DNA from: Octopus vulgaris
Lineage: Eukaryota
NCBI GenBank assembly: GCA_951406725.2
Contig: OX597816.1
Location: 178,932,001-178,996,000 of the forward strand
Direction of reading: 5' to 3'
DNA: 64,000 nt
Shown: positions 38,001 to 51,552 of the stretch, piece by piece
Layout: each line of letters opens with the position of its first letter
Position numbering within the stretch: position 1 is the first letter of the stretch
Program-made: the position numbers and the translations under genes
The notes under the pieces: generated by a model
What the model was told of the DNA's origin: nothing
Database searches by the model: none
The model's input: only the letters and a program-made list of their open reading frames with translations

Positions 38001-40813
38001 TGTTATGTTCATGAGCAAAACACTTCATTTTGGGTGGGAGTGTATACATCAGAGAATCCAGCAAACCAATATTATGAGCCTGTGGCTCAGGAAAGACCTT
38101 TGACCCTTTGAAGGCAGCAAGCTGGTGGGATTGTTATTGCACTTGACAAAATGCTGAGCGGCTTTTCTTCTTACTTGACATTCTGAGTTCAAATATTGCT
38201 GAGGTTGACTGTGCTTTTCATCCTTCAGTGTTGATAAAATAAGTACCATTTGAGCACTAAGGTCAATGTAATCAGCTTACTGTCTCACCCAAAATTGCTG
38301 GCCTTGTGTCAAAATATGATACCATTATTATTGTTGTTGCTAAGTCAGCGAGCTGGCAGAATCGTTAGTACACTAGTCAAAATGCTTAACAGTATTTTGT
38401 CTGGCTTCACATTCTGAGTTCAAATTCCAATGAGATTGACTTTATCTTTCATTCTTTTGGAGTAGATGAAGTAAGCACCAGTTGAGCACTGGAGTCGATG
38501 TAACTGACTTCCCCGCTCCCCTGAAATTGCTAGCCATGTATCAAAATTTTAACCCATTATTATTAGCATCATCATCATTGTTGTTCTTAATTTTATTGTG
38601 AGAGCCTTCATTTTCTATTCCTCTAGGATTGATTAAATACCAACAGTGTATGACAGCTTTTGAATTGTTCTGTTATATATTATATACAACTCTCTCCTCT
38701 TACAAAATATGTTGTTCCTAAGAAAAAGAGTCACTCATCCCACCAGAAATAGCAGCTAAATTTCTTTCAAATCTTATCCAGCCACCTTGGATGGGAGGGG
38801 AAACTTTAAATAATGTAGTCCTTTATACAAAATTCCTGAGAGAAGGATGTAGTGGTCATAATTGGAATGCCTTAGCTCATAGACCTGCTCAGTCAGGTCT
38901 GGCCTAAGCCTAAGCAATAGCACCTATTTCTCTAACAATAAAATGCATACCTATAATTTTCTTGAATTCTAATTAACCCTCTTCTTTACATGCTGTTGAG
39001 CATTCTTTATTATTGTTATTTACACTTTTTCTTGTGACAAAGTGTAATTTAACCTTTCTTACTGTACTAACTCAGTCTGCTTTTTTCTGGTTTTTGTTAG
39101 ATATTTAATGGAACTGCATACTAAATATCAGTGTTATTTATGCATGCATGTGTGTGTGTAGGTATGTGAGGGATTGGGTATGTGCATTTTAAATGTGACT
39201 TTTAATGTTGTACCAAGGTCTTTATGAATTGTTTAGCTACTTTGGTCTGATTCTATAATTACTGAGAGTGGCCTATATAAGCAGGCAAGATAACAGCTTT
39301 GTGACCAAGAAAGTTGTGAAGTACTAGAACTAGATAGACCTTTACTGATTTAGCCAGTGTATTTAGTAGCATGGCATTTACCCATATATTACGAGGATAA
39401 AGCTTAGTTTGATATGTTACCTACTGGTATGTGAGATGTAAACTCTGGCTGGCTTTATAATGGAAAAAAATTAGTTTCCAAGGTGATCACTGAAACAAAT
39501 ACACAGATCTCCATATTTCTACTATTTACTATTCACTTTTATTACTATCCATTACTTTCACCCCTCCCCTACTATCCTCTCACCTCAACCACTCCTTTGT
39601 TACTATCATACTCTTGCTCCTTTCAGCCACCTATCCTTATCATTCTGTCACTACTCTTCCTTCCCTTCACCTTCTTGGTCACATTGTCTTGAGGAAACAA
39701 ACCTATCATAGCGGAAGGAGGAATATTTAGTCTTATAAAGTACAAGGCAAACTCACCAGTACGCTTCATAAAGTAATGGTAATAAGCAAAGAGAATGCAG
39801 AGTGAGGAAGAACCTTTAGTCTTGTTTAATGCTTGTTCTATGATAAAATGTCCCCCTGTAGATTCTCTGAAGCTATTGGCAAGAGGAAGGGCCTCTAGCT
39901 GTTGAAACCAAGCCAAAAGTGAGAAAATTGCAATGTAGAAGTAAAGCCTGATCTTCTTGTCTTTGAAGGCAGTAACTCTAAATAAGAACCGACTTGGATC
40001 GTGACAATCCAACCAATCCAAAAGTAGATGTAAAATGAGTATGATGTTAATAGGGTGTTTGTGTGCAGATATATGTATACATGCATATGCGTATCTATGT
40101 ATGTATATGTGCACATGTGGGGTAACAAGAGGCCAGGAGTTGTGGCAATTTGCTGTACTTGAGAAGATGTGCCAAGCTAAATAAAATTGCAGTCATCCAT
40201 ACATGGAGGCAGGTGTTGGTGCCATGTAAAATGCACTCATACAAGTGCTGCGGAAATGCACCTGTACCAGTCGCATGTAAAAAGTGCCCCAGTACATTCT
40301 GTTAAGTGGTTGGTGTTAGGAAGGGCATTCAGCTGTGGAAACCCTGCCAAAACAAGAAAGTGGAATCTGGACAGCTCCCCGGCTGGCCAGCTGCTGTCAA
40401 ATCAGCCCATGCCAACATGGAAAATGGATGTTAAAGGATGACGATGATGATATGTATATGTAAAATCACTGTTTAATGTCTACTTAGAATTTGTTGAGGT
40501 GGATTTTCTATGACCAGAGGCCTTCCTGTCACCAACTCTTACCTATTTCCTAGTAAGGTAATATTTCCCCATGATCAGACATAGAAGATTGGAAACAAAG
40601 GATGCCACTTTCATGATGGTGACATTTGGTTACAGCTATCAAGCAATGTCAAGGCAAGGCGACAGTAACCTACACACATGCACACATACAGATATATTAT
40701 ATGCAATAGGCTTCTTTCAGTTTCCATCTATCAAACCCACTCACAAGTCTTTGGTTGGCTCAGGACTAACCCAAGGTGCTATGCAGTGGTATCTATATAT
40801 TTGTGTGTGTGTA

Positions 40814-41256
40814 TGTGATGTGTTCAAAATGTACCTGACCTTTGGTCATAAAAAAGACAATTTTGTACATTTCCCAAATTTTGCTTAATCAAAATACTCG
40901 CCTTAGAAGTTCACACACTTCTTCCAGTGGTTCTGCCAATGCTGGTAACACCTCTGGAATGATATGGAGTTCCACCGTTGCTCTTTTCATAATTTCTCCT
41001 CATAGCCCTTTCAGTGTGGTTTTCAGTTTAGGAAAGGGCCAGAGGTCGCATGGTGCCAAGTTGGGAGAATAGGGAACCTGAACAAGTAGTGTGTTGTTCT
41101 TCATCAAGAAAGCTTGGTTTATGTGGGCAGAATGAGCAGGCACCTTGTCATGGTGAAGTTGCCAGTTCTTTGTCATCCATGTGTCCAGCTGTTTTCAATG
41201 CACAGCATCACAAAGGCAACATGTAGCCACTAGGATACTTTTTGAACACACCTCGT
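40814..41256 (-). mobile_element. Internally deleted mariner element
   Basis: Diverged terminal inverted repeats (GTGTTCAAAA / TTTTGAACAC). - strand reads LHHDKVPAHS and PYSPNLAPCDLWPFPKLK. Confidence 0.78.
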
Positions 41257-41746
41257 ATATGTATATAATTTATGTTTATATAAGGAATGGCTTTGACCGT
41301 TCAAGTTCAGTGTTTTAAGGATTTTTTCATATTTCCTTATTAGTTCTTTAGGTTTAGTTTGGGACAATTGCATTCTTAAATCCATTACTCTATTAATGTT
41401 TCAAGACCTTTCTGGCATCATCATCATCAGGATGATGAGAGTAATACTAGTATATTGCTTCTGCACTTTGCTGTATGTTGCAAAGGGTCTCAAGAATACT
41501 GTTATAACTGACAAAATCATCAATTCCTGGTTTAAAAATTATATAACAGTTAAATCCTGGTAGATTTTTGTTTGTTGTCAATTAATGCTTTTCAATGAAA
41601 TTTATTTTGTGTAATGCATCAGTTGTTGTGATGGCTCCTTGTTTTAAATGCAAGGTCAGCTGACAAACCCATTTGTCTGACAACAATTTCAGTCATGAAG
41701 TTTACAACTTCCATGTTTATATTTTAAATTTGTATATCAAAATATA

Positions 41747-41979
41747 CAGGGTTGGCCAAAAGTCACCTGAAAGTTAATTAAAGCCATTTAATTCAAAAAT
41801 ATATTTACGTTTAACAACTGAATGAATTTAATATAAGCATCTAAATATGAAACCTGATGAAAATTGTCCGAACTGAAGTCCTTCTTGAACGATGCATTTT
41901 TCTATTCGAGTCAATACAGAATTACAGATACTATTTATGGCATATTGATTTACTGTTGGGCGACTTTTGGCCAATCCTG
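41747..41979. mobile_element. Tc1/mariner-type MITE
   Basis: TA|CAGGGTTGGCCAAAAGTC...GACTTTTGGCCAATCCTG|TA. Confidence 0.85.
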
Positions 41980-42558
41980 TACAACCGTCCAATCTATACC
42001 AGCATGGAAAGAGGACGTTAAACGATGATGATGATTTGTTTATTAACGAGTCACTTGTAAAGAGTTGTCTTCATACAATCACTTTGTGAAGAGAAAAAGT
42101 GAGACTGGTGCATCTGATCTCAATCCTTTTTAGGACTGCTTCAGAAACTATTTCCAGCTGCTTGTGGATACATTGTGTTTGTGGTGACAAGAATTCAGGG
42201 CTTCATTGAATTAAAGAATCCAATTTGCAAAAATAACAATTTGATACAGCTTCCATTTCTTTCTTCCTTTTTCTCTTCTCTTTTTTTACAATAGTCCAGT
42301 GTATTTAATGTAGCATATTTACAGATGCAGTGTCAGTTTAAAATTTAGAATCTGGTGCATTTACTGCTTCAAGCATACATTTCTTAACATGTCAAAAAAT
42401 TTGTTAACTGCCTTAGCTGCTAGCATTGTGCTATTTATGCTTAGCAGATTTACGCAAATCTAATTTAATGTGGCCCTTAATTCTAGAAGCTTTAAGTATA
42501 ACGCCCCTATGAATAATTCCACATGGGCAGTTGATTCCTGAAAAGTCCCCCAAAACAC

Positions 42559-45500
42559 GGTTGGAGTGAGCCTTCTTTTTCTCTCTACAGAAAATATAAA
42601 AAGAACTTTAAGGTTGGGGTGAGCCTTCTTTTTTTCTCTACAGAAAATATAAAATAAACTTTAAGGTTGGGGTGAGCCTTCTTTTTTTCTCTACAGAAAA
42701 TATAAAAAAAACTTTAAGGTTGGGGTGAGCCTTCTTTTTTTCTCTACAGAAAATATAAAAAAAACTTTAAGGTTGGGGTGAGCCTTCTTTTTCTCTCTAC
42801 AGAAAATATAAAAAAAACTTTAAGGTTGAGGTGAGCCTTCTTTTTTTCTCTACAGAAAATATAAAAAAAACTTTAAGGTTGGGGTGAGCCTTCTTTTTCT
42901 CTCTACAGAAAATATAAAAAAAACTTTAAGGTTGGGGTGAGCCTTCTTTTTCTCTCTACAGAAAATATAAAAAGAACTTTAAGGTTGGGGTGAGCCTTCT
43001 TTTTTTCTCTACAGAAAATATAAAAAAAACTTTAAGGTTGGGGTGAGCCTTCTTTTTTTCTCTACAGAAAATATAAAAAAAACTTTAAGGTTGGGGTGAG
43101 CCTTCTTTTTTTCTCTACAGAAAATATAAAAAAAACTTTAAGGTTGGGGTGAGCCTTCTTTTTCTCTCTACAGAAAATATAAAAAGAACTTTAAGGTTGG
43201 GGTGAGCCTTCTTTTTTTCTCTACAGAAAATATAAAAAAACTTTAAGGTTGGGGTGAGCCTTCTTTTTTTCTCTACAGAAAATATAAAAAAAACTTTAAG
43301 GTTGGGGTGAGCCTTCTTTTTCTCTCTACAGAAAATATAAAAAAAACTTTAAGGTTGGGGTGAGCCTTCTTTTTTTCTCTACAGAAAATATAAAAAAACT
43401 TTAAGGTTGGGGTGAGCCTTCTTTTTCTCTCTACAGAAAAATATAAAAAGAACTTTAAGGTTGGGGTGAGCCTTCTTTTTTTCTCTACAGAAAATATAAA
43501 AAAAACTTTAAGGTTGGGGTGAGCCTTCTTTTTTTCTCTACAGAAAATATAAAAAAAAACTTTAAGGTTGGGGTGAGCCTTCTTTTTTCTCTACAGAAAA
43601 TATAAAAAAAACTTTAAGGTTGGGGTGAGCCTTCTTTTTTTCTCTACAGAAAATATAAAAAAAACTTTAAGGTTGGGGTGAGCCTTCTTTTTTCTCTCTA
43701 CAGAAAATATAAAAAGAACTTTAAGGTTGGGGTGAGCCTTCTTTTTTCTCTCTACAGAAAATATAAAAAGAACTTTAAGGTTGGGGTGAGCCTTCTTTTT
43801 TTCTCTACAGAAAATATAAAAAACTTTAAGGTTGGGGTGAGCCTTCTTTTTTTCTCTACAGAAAATATAAAAAAAACTTTAAGGTTGGGGTGAGCCTTCT
43901 TTTTCTCTCTACAGAAAATATAAAAAAAACTTTAAGGTTGGGGTGAGCCTTCTTTTTTCTCTCTACAGAAAATATAAAAAAACTTTAAGGTTGGGGTGAG
44001 CCTTCTTTTTTTCTCTACAGAAAATATAAAAAAAAAACTTTAAGGTTGGGGTGAGCCTTCTTTTTTTCTCTACAGAAAATATATAAAAAAACTTTAAGGT
44101 TGGGGTGAGCCTTCTTTTTTTCTCTACAGAAAATATAAAAAAAACTTTAAGGTTGGGGTGAGCCTTCTTTTTTTCTCTACAGAAAATATAAAAAAAACTT
44201 TAAGGTTGGGGTGAGCCTTCTTTTTTCTCTACAGAAAATATTCTCTACAGAAAATATACAGAAAAAAAAAAAACTTTAAGGTTGGGGTGAGCCTTTTTTC
44301 TCTACAGAAATATAAAAACTTGGTTGTGAGCCTTCTTTTTTCTCTACAGAAAATATAAAAAAACTTTAAGGTTGGGGTGAGCCTTCTTTTTTCTCTACAG
44401 AAAATATAAAAAACTTTAAGGTTGGGGTGAGCCTTCTTTTTTCTCTACAGAAAATATAAAAAAAACTTTAAGGTTGGGGTGAGCCTTCTTTTTTTTCCTT
44501 CTCTTTTTTTCTCTACAGAAAATATAAAAAAACTTTAAGGTTGGGGTGAGCCTTCTTTTTCTCTACAGAATATAAAAAACTTAAGTGGGGTGACTTTTTT
44601 CTCTACAGAAAATATAAAAAAAACTTTAAGGTTGGGGTGAGCCTTCTTTTTTTCTCTACAGAAAATATAAAAAAAACTTTAAGGTTGGGGTGAGCCTTCT
44701 TTTTTTCTCTACAGAAAATATAAAAAAAACTTTAAGGTTGGGGTGAGCCTTCTTTTTTCTCTACAGAAAATATAAAAAACTTTAAGGTTTCTTTTTTTTC
44801 TCTACAGAAAATATAAAAAAAACTTTAAGGTTGGGGTGAGCCTTCTTTTTCTCTCTACAGAAAATATAAAAAAACTTTAAGGTTGGTGAGTAAGAGCCTT
44901 CTTTTTTCTCTACAGAAAATATAAAAAAAACTTTAAGGTTGGGGTGAGCCTTCTTTTTTTCTCTACAGAAAATATAAAAAAAACTTTAAGGTTGGGGTGA
45001 GCCTTCTTTTTCTCTACAGAAAATAAAAAAAACTTTAAGGTTGGGGTGAGCCTTCTTTTTTTCTCTACAGAAAATATAAAAAAAACTTTAAGGTTGGGGT
45101 GAGCCTTCTTTTTTTCTCTACAGAAAATATAAAAAAAACTTTAAGGTTGGGGTGAGCCTTCTTTTTTTCTCTACAGAAAATATAAAAAACTTTAAGGTTG
45201 GGGTGATACAGAAAATATAAAAAAAAACTTTAAGGTTGGGGTGAGCCTTCTTTTTTTCTCTACAGAAAATATAAAAAAAACTTTAAGGTTGGGGTGAGCC
45301 TTCTTTTTTTCTCTACAGAAAATATAAAAAACTTTAAGGTTGGGGTGAGCCTTCTTTTTTTCTCTACAGAAAATATAAAAAAAACTTTAAGGTTGGGGTG
45401 AGCCTTCTTTTTTTCTCTACAGAAAATATTAAAAAAACTTTAAGGTTGGGGTGAGCCTTCTTTTTTTCTCTACAGAAAATATAAAAAAAACTTTAAGGTT

Positions 45501-45874
45501 GGGGTGAGCCTTCTTTTTTTCTCTACAGAAAATATAAAAAAAACTTTAATGTTGGGGTGAGCCTTCTTTTTTTCTCTACAGAAAATATAAAAAAAACTTT
45601 AAGGTTGGGGTGAGCCTTCTTTTTTTCTCTACAGAAAATATATAAAAAAACTTTAAGGTTGGGGTGAGCCTTCTTTTTTTTCTCTACAGAAAATATAAAA
45701 AAAACTTTAAGGTTGGGGTGAGCCTTCTTTTTTTCTCTACAGAAAATATAAAAAAAACTTTAAGGTTGGGGTGAGCCTTCTTTTTTTTCTCTACAGAAAA
45801 TACTAAAAAAAACTTTAAGGTTGGGGTGAGCCTTCTTTTTTTCTCTACAGAAAATATAAAAAAAACTTTAAGGT
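42559..45874. repeat. 53-bp tandem satellite, ~62 copies
   Basis: Unit GGTTGGGGTGAGCCTTCTTTTTTTCTCTACAGAAAATATAAAAAAAACTTTAA, highly homogeneous, with irregular units at ~44220-45230. Confidence 0.98.
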
Positions 45875-47035
45875 GTTCAGTGTACTTTAATTACATGTGT
45901 AGCTTCAGCTAAAAACTTACCTTTACTTTCATCATCATAATATTCTTTCTAATAGTGGCACTAGGTCTGAAGTTTTTTGGGAATGTGGATAAATCAAATA
46001 TTTCGACTCCAGTACATAATTGGCGCTTTATTTTATTGATCGCCAAAAGGATGAAAGGCAAAGTTGACCTTGGCAATATTTAAACTCAGAATGTAAAGCC
46101 GTTGGGCATTTTGTCCAACATGCTAATGATTCTGCTAGCTCACCATCTTAATAAGGACACACACATATACATGACGTATGGATTTTAGGTAATTATGATC
46201 CAAATATCTCCTAGTTTTCTCAGACATAGTTTAAAATGAGGAAGACATAGTCATCAACCCATCTAGGAGGGCACTAACTTTGAACCAACAACTGACTTGA
46301 ACTGTGATAATTCATCCAATGTCTACCAGCATAGAAATGAAGGCATAAATAAATGTTGTTGTTGATGATGAGGATGGTGGTGGTGAAGAGGAGGAAAAGT
46401 TCTAACTATCTCTTACTCTTTACTCTTTTACTTGTTTCAGTCATTTGACTGCGGCCATGCTGGAGCACTGCCTTTAGTCGAGCAACTTGACCCCGGGACT
46501 TATTCTTTTGTAAGCCCAGTACTTATTCTATCGGTCTCTTTTGCCGAACCGCTAAGTGACAAGGACGTAAACACACCAGCATCGGTTGTCAAGCAATGCT
46601 AGGGGGACAAACACAGACACACAAACATATATATATATATATATACATATATATGACGGGCTTCTTTTCAGTTTCCGTCTACCAGATCCACTCACAAGGC
46701 ATTGGTCGGCCCGAGGCTATAGCAGAAGACACTTGCCCAAGATGCCACGCAGTGGGACTGAACCCAGAACCATGTGGTCGGTAGGTAAGCTACTTACCAC
46801 ACAGCCACTCCTGTCCAATTGACGACTTATCTGACATCTCAACAAGCCAACATAAATAAATATTTGATTATAATTTGTTTATTTTTAGATGTAAAGAAAA
46901 TAAAAGATGCAATAATAAGTGGGCAACTTTTGCACTTTAACCTTTTCGTTACTGTATTTCTGTTTCTCTCTGTTTCTTTCAATTACTTTAAATATAACAA
47001 AGAATTTAGTAAAATAACTTAGTTATCATTAAGCT

Positions 47036-47340
47036 GTGGAGGCGCAATGGCCTAGTGGTTAGGGCAGCGGACTCGCGGTCGTAGGATCGCGGTTTCGATT
47101 CCCAGACTGGGCGTTGTGAGTGTTTATTGAGCGAAAACACCTTAAAGCTCCACGAGGCTCCGGCAGGGGGTGATGATCCCTGCTGTACTCTTTCACCACT
47201 CTTTCTCCCACTCTTTCTTCTGTTGGCCTGCTCGCTTAGCCAGCGGGGTGGCATCATTCAAAGGCTAAAACAATGTGAACGCATTGTGACCAGCGATGTG
47301 TAACTACATCTGATGGACTGGTCGGTCACATGATCATGTG
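47036..47340 (+). mobile_element. tRNA-derived SINE (family C) inserted in a TTAA-type MITE (~46938-47470)
   Basis: Near-identical to the 6380 copy. Approximate target duplication ATCATT(A/C)AGCT. Confidence 0.88.
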
Positions 47341-48617
47341 ATCATTCAGCTAGTGTTAGGAACATAAATTGTGACTAAGGTTTGGTGGAAGATTTTTATT
47401 CAAAACTTTTGAAAACCAGGCATTTGTACTCAGAGCCAAAGCTGGTTTCAGCCAAGTTGGTAACGAATGGCTGTCAGCAAGATTTAGCTCCAAGAACTGT
47501 AAAGAGTTCTCAAATAATGTTTATTTATGACAAGAATAATAAACTTTTCTCACATTAAATGTGATTTTTAAACAAATATTTACTTCTTTTGACACATGTT
47601 AACCATTTTGTTGTTAGTATATGATCTTGATGCAGCAGACATGTTTATATGATTTCGTTTTTGCTCCCTCTGCCTGCTAGTGCCAGATGCTTTGCAAAAA
47701 GATTTTGGATGCTGTCTTCCTTCTCTGATTAGGTCATAAAATAAATGCATTTAGTAGTTATTAACCCTTTACCATTCAGATTTCTCGGTCAAATGTGATG
47801 CTTATTTATTCACATTGTTTTGAATTGACCAGGCATTGCTTTGTAGCTTCAAGATTTCAGTGATGTAATTGTTTAGTTTTAGGATGACATTTCAGGATAG
47901 GTGTGAGAGGTTGGATCTGGGCAGTCTGAATATAAAACAGGTAGAATATTTGGGTCAGGTGTGGCCTGTTTAAATACTCTTTTAGTGTGTTTGAGCCATG
48001 AATGTTGTTTTTGTAGATCTAGTGTAGCTACTAATAAAGTTTTCCAATGTATCTGTCTTTTTTTTTAAAAATGGTACTGAGGGATCATAGGGAGATTTTG
48101 CTATTATTTTTAGCTGATAGATTGATTATGCAAAAGTTTTCCTATTCAACTATTCATCTTGTCTCTTCTACTTACCCACCATTTGAAACGCTTTTTGTGA
48201 ATTTTATATTGAATGATTTTCCAAAGGGATAAATTTATATTATAAACTAAGAATTATTTTGTTTTTGCTGAAGTAACCAGAATTTAATCATACAAAAACA
48301 AACTGGGTTGTGAAATAAGAAAAAACATGCCTAAACTTCTTTAGTGCACTCTAAACTGGTACAAGTCAGAGTGTGTTGTGTGGTCCTTGGTCAGATATAT
48401 ATATGCATGCATGCATCCATCCATCTGTCTGTCCACCCATCCACCCACACACATACATACATTATAAAGGTAGTCTTATTTATTAAGTATAATTTAGGTA
48501 AAACCCTTGTCATGTGCATTTAAAAAGTTATTATGCTGTTATTCAGCTAGCATCTGTTATCCTACAGTAGGGTATATTCCAGGGCTGGATACTCATGTGG
48601 AACTCTTCTTTGCAATA

Positions 48618-50400
48618 TGCTGGATGCTCTCCATAGTATTAGTTTCTATTACTATATCAACAGTACTGTCTTGTGGGGGTGCCACAAGATATAGTAATAG
48701 AAACTAATATATAGTAATATAAAAATATAGTAATAGAAACTAATACTATGGAGAGCATCCAGCAAATAGCTAACTCCATCCACCAGAGTATTAAGGTCAC
48801 AATAGACTACCCCACTAAACACCCCAACCATAGACTACCAGTACTAGACACTGAACTCTGGCTAGAAATTGTGAATGATAAAACCCAAATCCTTCATTCA
48901 TACTATGCCAAACCTATGGCCTCAAAATACTTGATCCACCGGACTCAGCCATTGCGGACAATGCCAAATTCAATACTTTGATGGCAGACCTCATCAGAAT
49001 AATGAGAAAGGTGTCACGCATGTGCGAGCCTACAGAGTTAAAGAGACACATACAATATTTCATTCATTGCATGCAGTTCTCAGGTTACAGCCATAAAGAA
49101 AGGATCAGAGTATACAAAGGAGCCATGAAGAAATTTGACAATATATTATGTAATGATAGGAATGGGATTTGCCCACTCTATAGGAACAAGTCATGGAACA
49201 CTATAGAAAGGACAAAAAAGAAAATAGGGAAGGCCAACTCTTGGTATGATAGCCGTAAATACCAGAGTGTCATGTTCGTTGACACCACCCCTGGAGGTGA
49301 ACTGGCGTACCGCTTTAGAAGGACCCTAGACAAACTTAAGCTAAGGATTAAGGTTGTTGAAAAGCCAGGCAACCCTATCAAATCTATAATTGGTAGAACC
49401 TATCCTTTTAGTAGAACCCCCTGTACGGATAAGTACTGTACTGTATGTAGATTTAGCCCACAAACAAACTGTAAAGCCAGAAATGTAGTCTATAGTATAA
49501 GATGTATAGAGGGACGATGCAGTAACAAGACATATGTAGGGGAAACGGCAAGAAGCATAGGAGAGCGGGTAAAGGAAGGTAAAAGCTCATCGATTCTGTA
49601 CCAACACGCTGAACAGGAACACGGGGGAATCAATCAATAACATAGAAATTAAAATATTGTCCACACATAGAACAGATGCAACAATCAGACAAATTACAGA
49701 AGCTACACACATAATAGAAAATAAACCTAGCCTGAATAGGAAACTGGAATGGAACACAAGCACACACCACAACATATGATGGTAGAGGATCCCGAAAACA
49801 TAATAAATACACAGAAAAATAAACAAATAGAAATAAATAACTATATATTTTTTTTTATATATATATATATTTTTTTCAATTTATTATTATTATTACTAGT
49901 ATTGTTGTTATACATACATACATACAAGCATATGTAATGATAATAATAAGTGGATGTAAACACATGAACAAAATAAGAATAAACAACAACAACAAAAACA
50001 AATTACATGAACATATATAAACAGAAGATACAAATATTACAGGCATCCCCCACATACACACTAAATAAACATAGACGCACATAGAGATATAAGCATGCGC
50101 AAATGAAGACATACAATAGAAATACAAAACGGCTGATGGTTAGTAAGGAGAGACACAAATAAGAAAGAAGAAAACAAAGGAATACTGATGCGGTCACAGG
50201 AGTGTGACGAAAGAACCCTGGCCGAAATAAGATTAAGATTAATGTAAAAAATAAATAACACTGAAGCAAAGTAACACCAAATATATAGTGCGTGTGTTTT
50301 TATTGGCTAAACTGGCAAAATGACCATTCCGAAATACGACAATATCAGTTTCAACACACGACTTCACATAAAAAATCTTGCACAACAAATATTTAAACGT
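48618..50400 (+). mobile_element. 5'-truncated Penelope-like element (RT C-terminus, Cys-rich linker, GIY-YIG endonuclease; Neptune-like) with 3' pLTR-like region
   Basis: RLPVLDTELW..YYAKPMAS (RT motifs), PCTDKYCTVC..CKARNVVYSIRC..YVGETARSIGERVKE and IRQITEATHI..KPSLN. Frameshifted. A 40-bp inverted duplication lies at the 5' junction (48618-48657 vs 48725-48764). Confidence 0.9.
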
Positions 50401-50600
50401 ATATATATATATATATATATATGTATATAATATATAATATATGTATATATATGTATATATGTATGTTAGCGCTTTCTCCCATTCTAGAATGGGAGAAAGC
50501 GCTAATGATCTGAATGATATGATATATATATGTAAAAAATGTAATATATAAATAAATATCTGTAAATATGAACCATCCGATCTTCTGATTACCACATTTC

Positions 50601-50638
<38 letters not shown>

Positions 50639-50641
<3 letters not shown>

Positions 50642-51552
50642 TATTGGCAGGGCTGGCCTGCTAGGTAGCCGGCCAGAATGCTAGAAGAAGATCATCCACG
50701 ATCAAACTACAAGGGAAATTCTCTAGAGGAAGAATTCAGCGAACACCAGTCTGTTTTTTATTTAATTTTTCATATGTCCTGCCTGCCAAATTTGGTTCTG
50801 GTGTTCGCTGAATTCTTCCTCTAGAGAATTTCCCTTGTAGTTTGATCGTGGATGATCTTCTTCTAGCATTCTGGCCGGCTACCTAGCAGGCCAGCCCTGC
50901 CAATATACACATATATTTGAATTTTCTCTGACTCCTCAGATTTTTTGAATGCTGGACTACTGGTTTTAAATTGATATTAAAATTAATATTAATTTATCTC
51001 CCTCAATTTTTTAAATATTTAAATAAATACGTTCCCTAGTTGTAAGCATTACCCGCAGTGAATTATTCACTGCAGCCCTTCGCTTCAGGAGTCTCTTAGC
51101 GCGCCAGAACCAAGACATTTGAAATTTTATTCCCGATGAAATCAGTAAGACTAAGCACGTGTCTGTCTTGACACAGAGAGCTGGGGTTAGTCTTGCGGTT
51201 TGCATCTCGAGGACCGAATGTACTGATGAAGTCACGGACACTTGAATTATGCAAGTAATTCTTTTGTTAAGACCGAAACCGAGGTATGCATTTAAGTCTG
51301 TTTTTTATTTAATTTTTCATATGTCCTGCCCGCCAAATTTGGTTCTGGTGTTCGCTGAATTCTTCCTCTAGAGAATTTCCCTTGTAGTTTGATCGTGGAT
51401 GATCTTCTTCTAGCATTCTGGCCGGCTACCTAGCAGGCCAGCCCTGCCAATATACACATATATTTGAATTTTCTCTGACTCCTCAGATTTTTTGAATGCT
51501 GGACTACTGGTTTTAAATTGATATTAAAATTAATATTAATTTATCTCCCTCA

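Noticed and set aside
44220-45230. Irregular satellite units as a biological sub-domain
   Set aside because: The indel pattern is equally consistent with low-quality long-read consensus.
42559-45874. CRISPR-like array or coding repeat (ORF 43678-43893)
   Set aside because: Contiguous tandem units with no unique spacers, in a eukaryotic context; frames are broken by homopolymer length variation.
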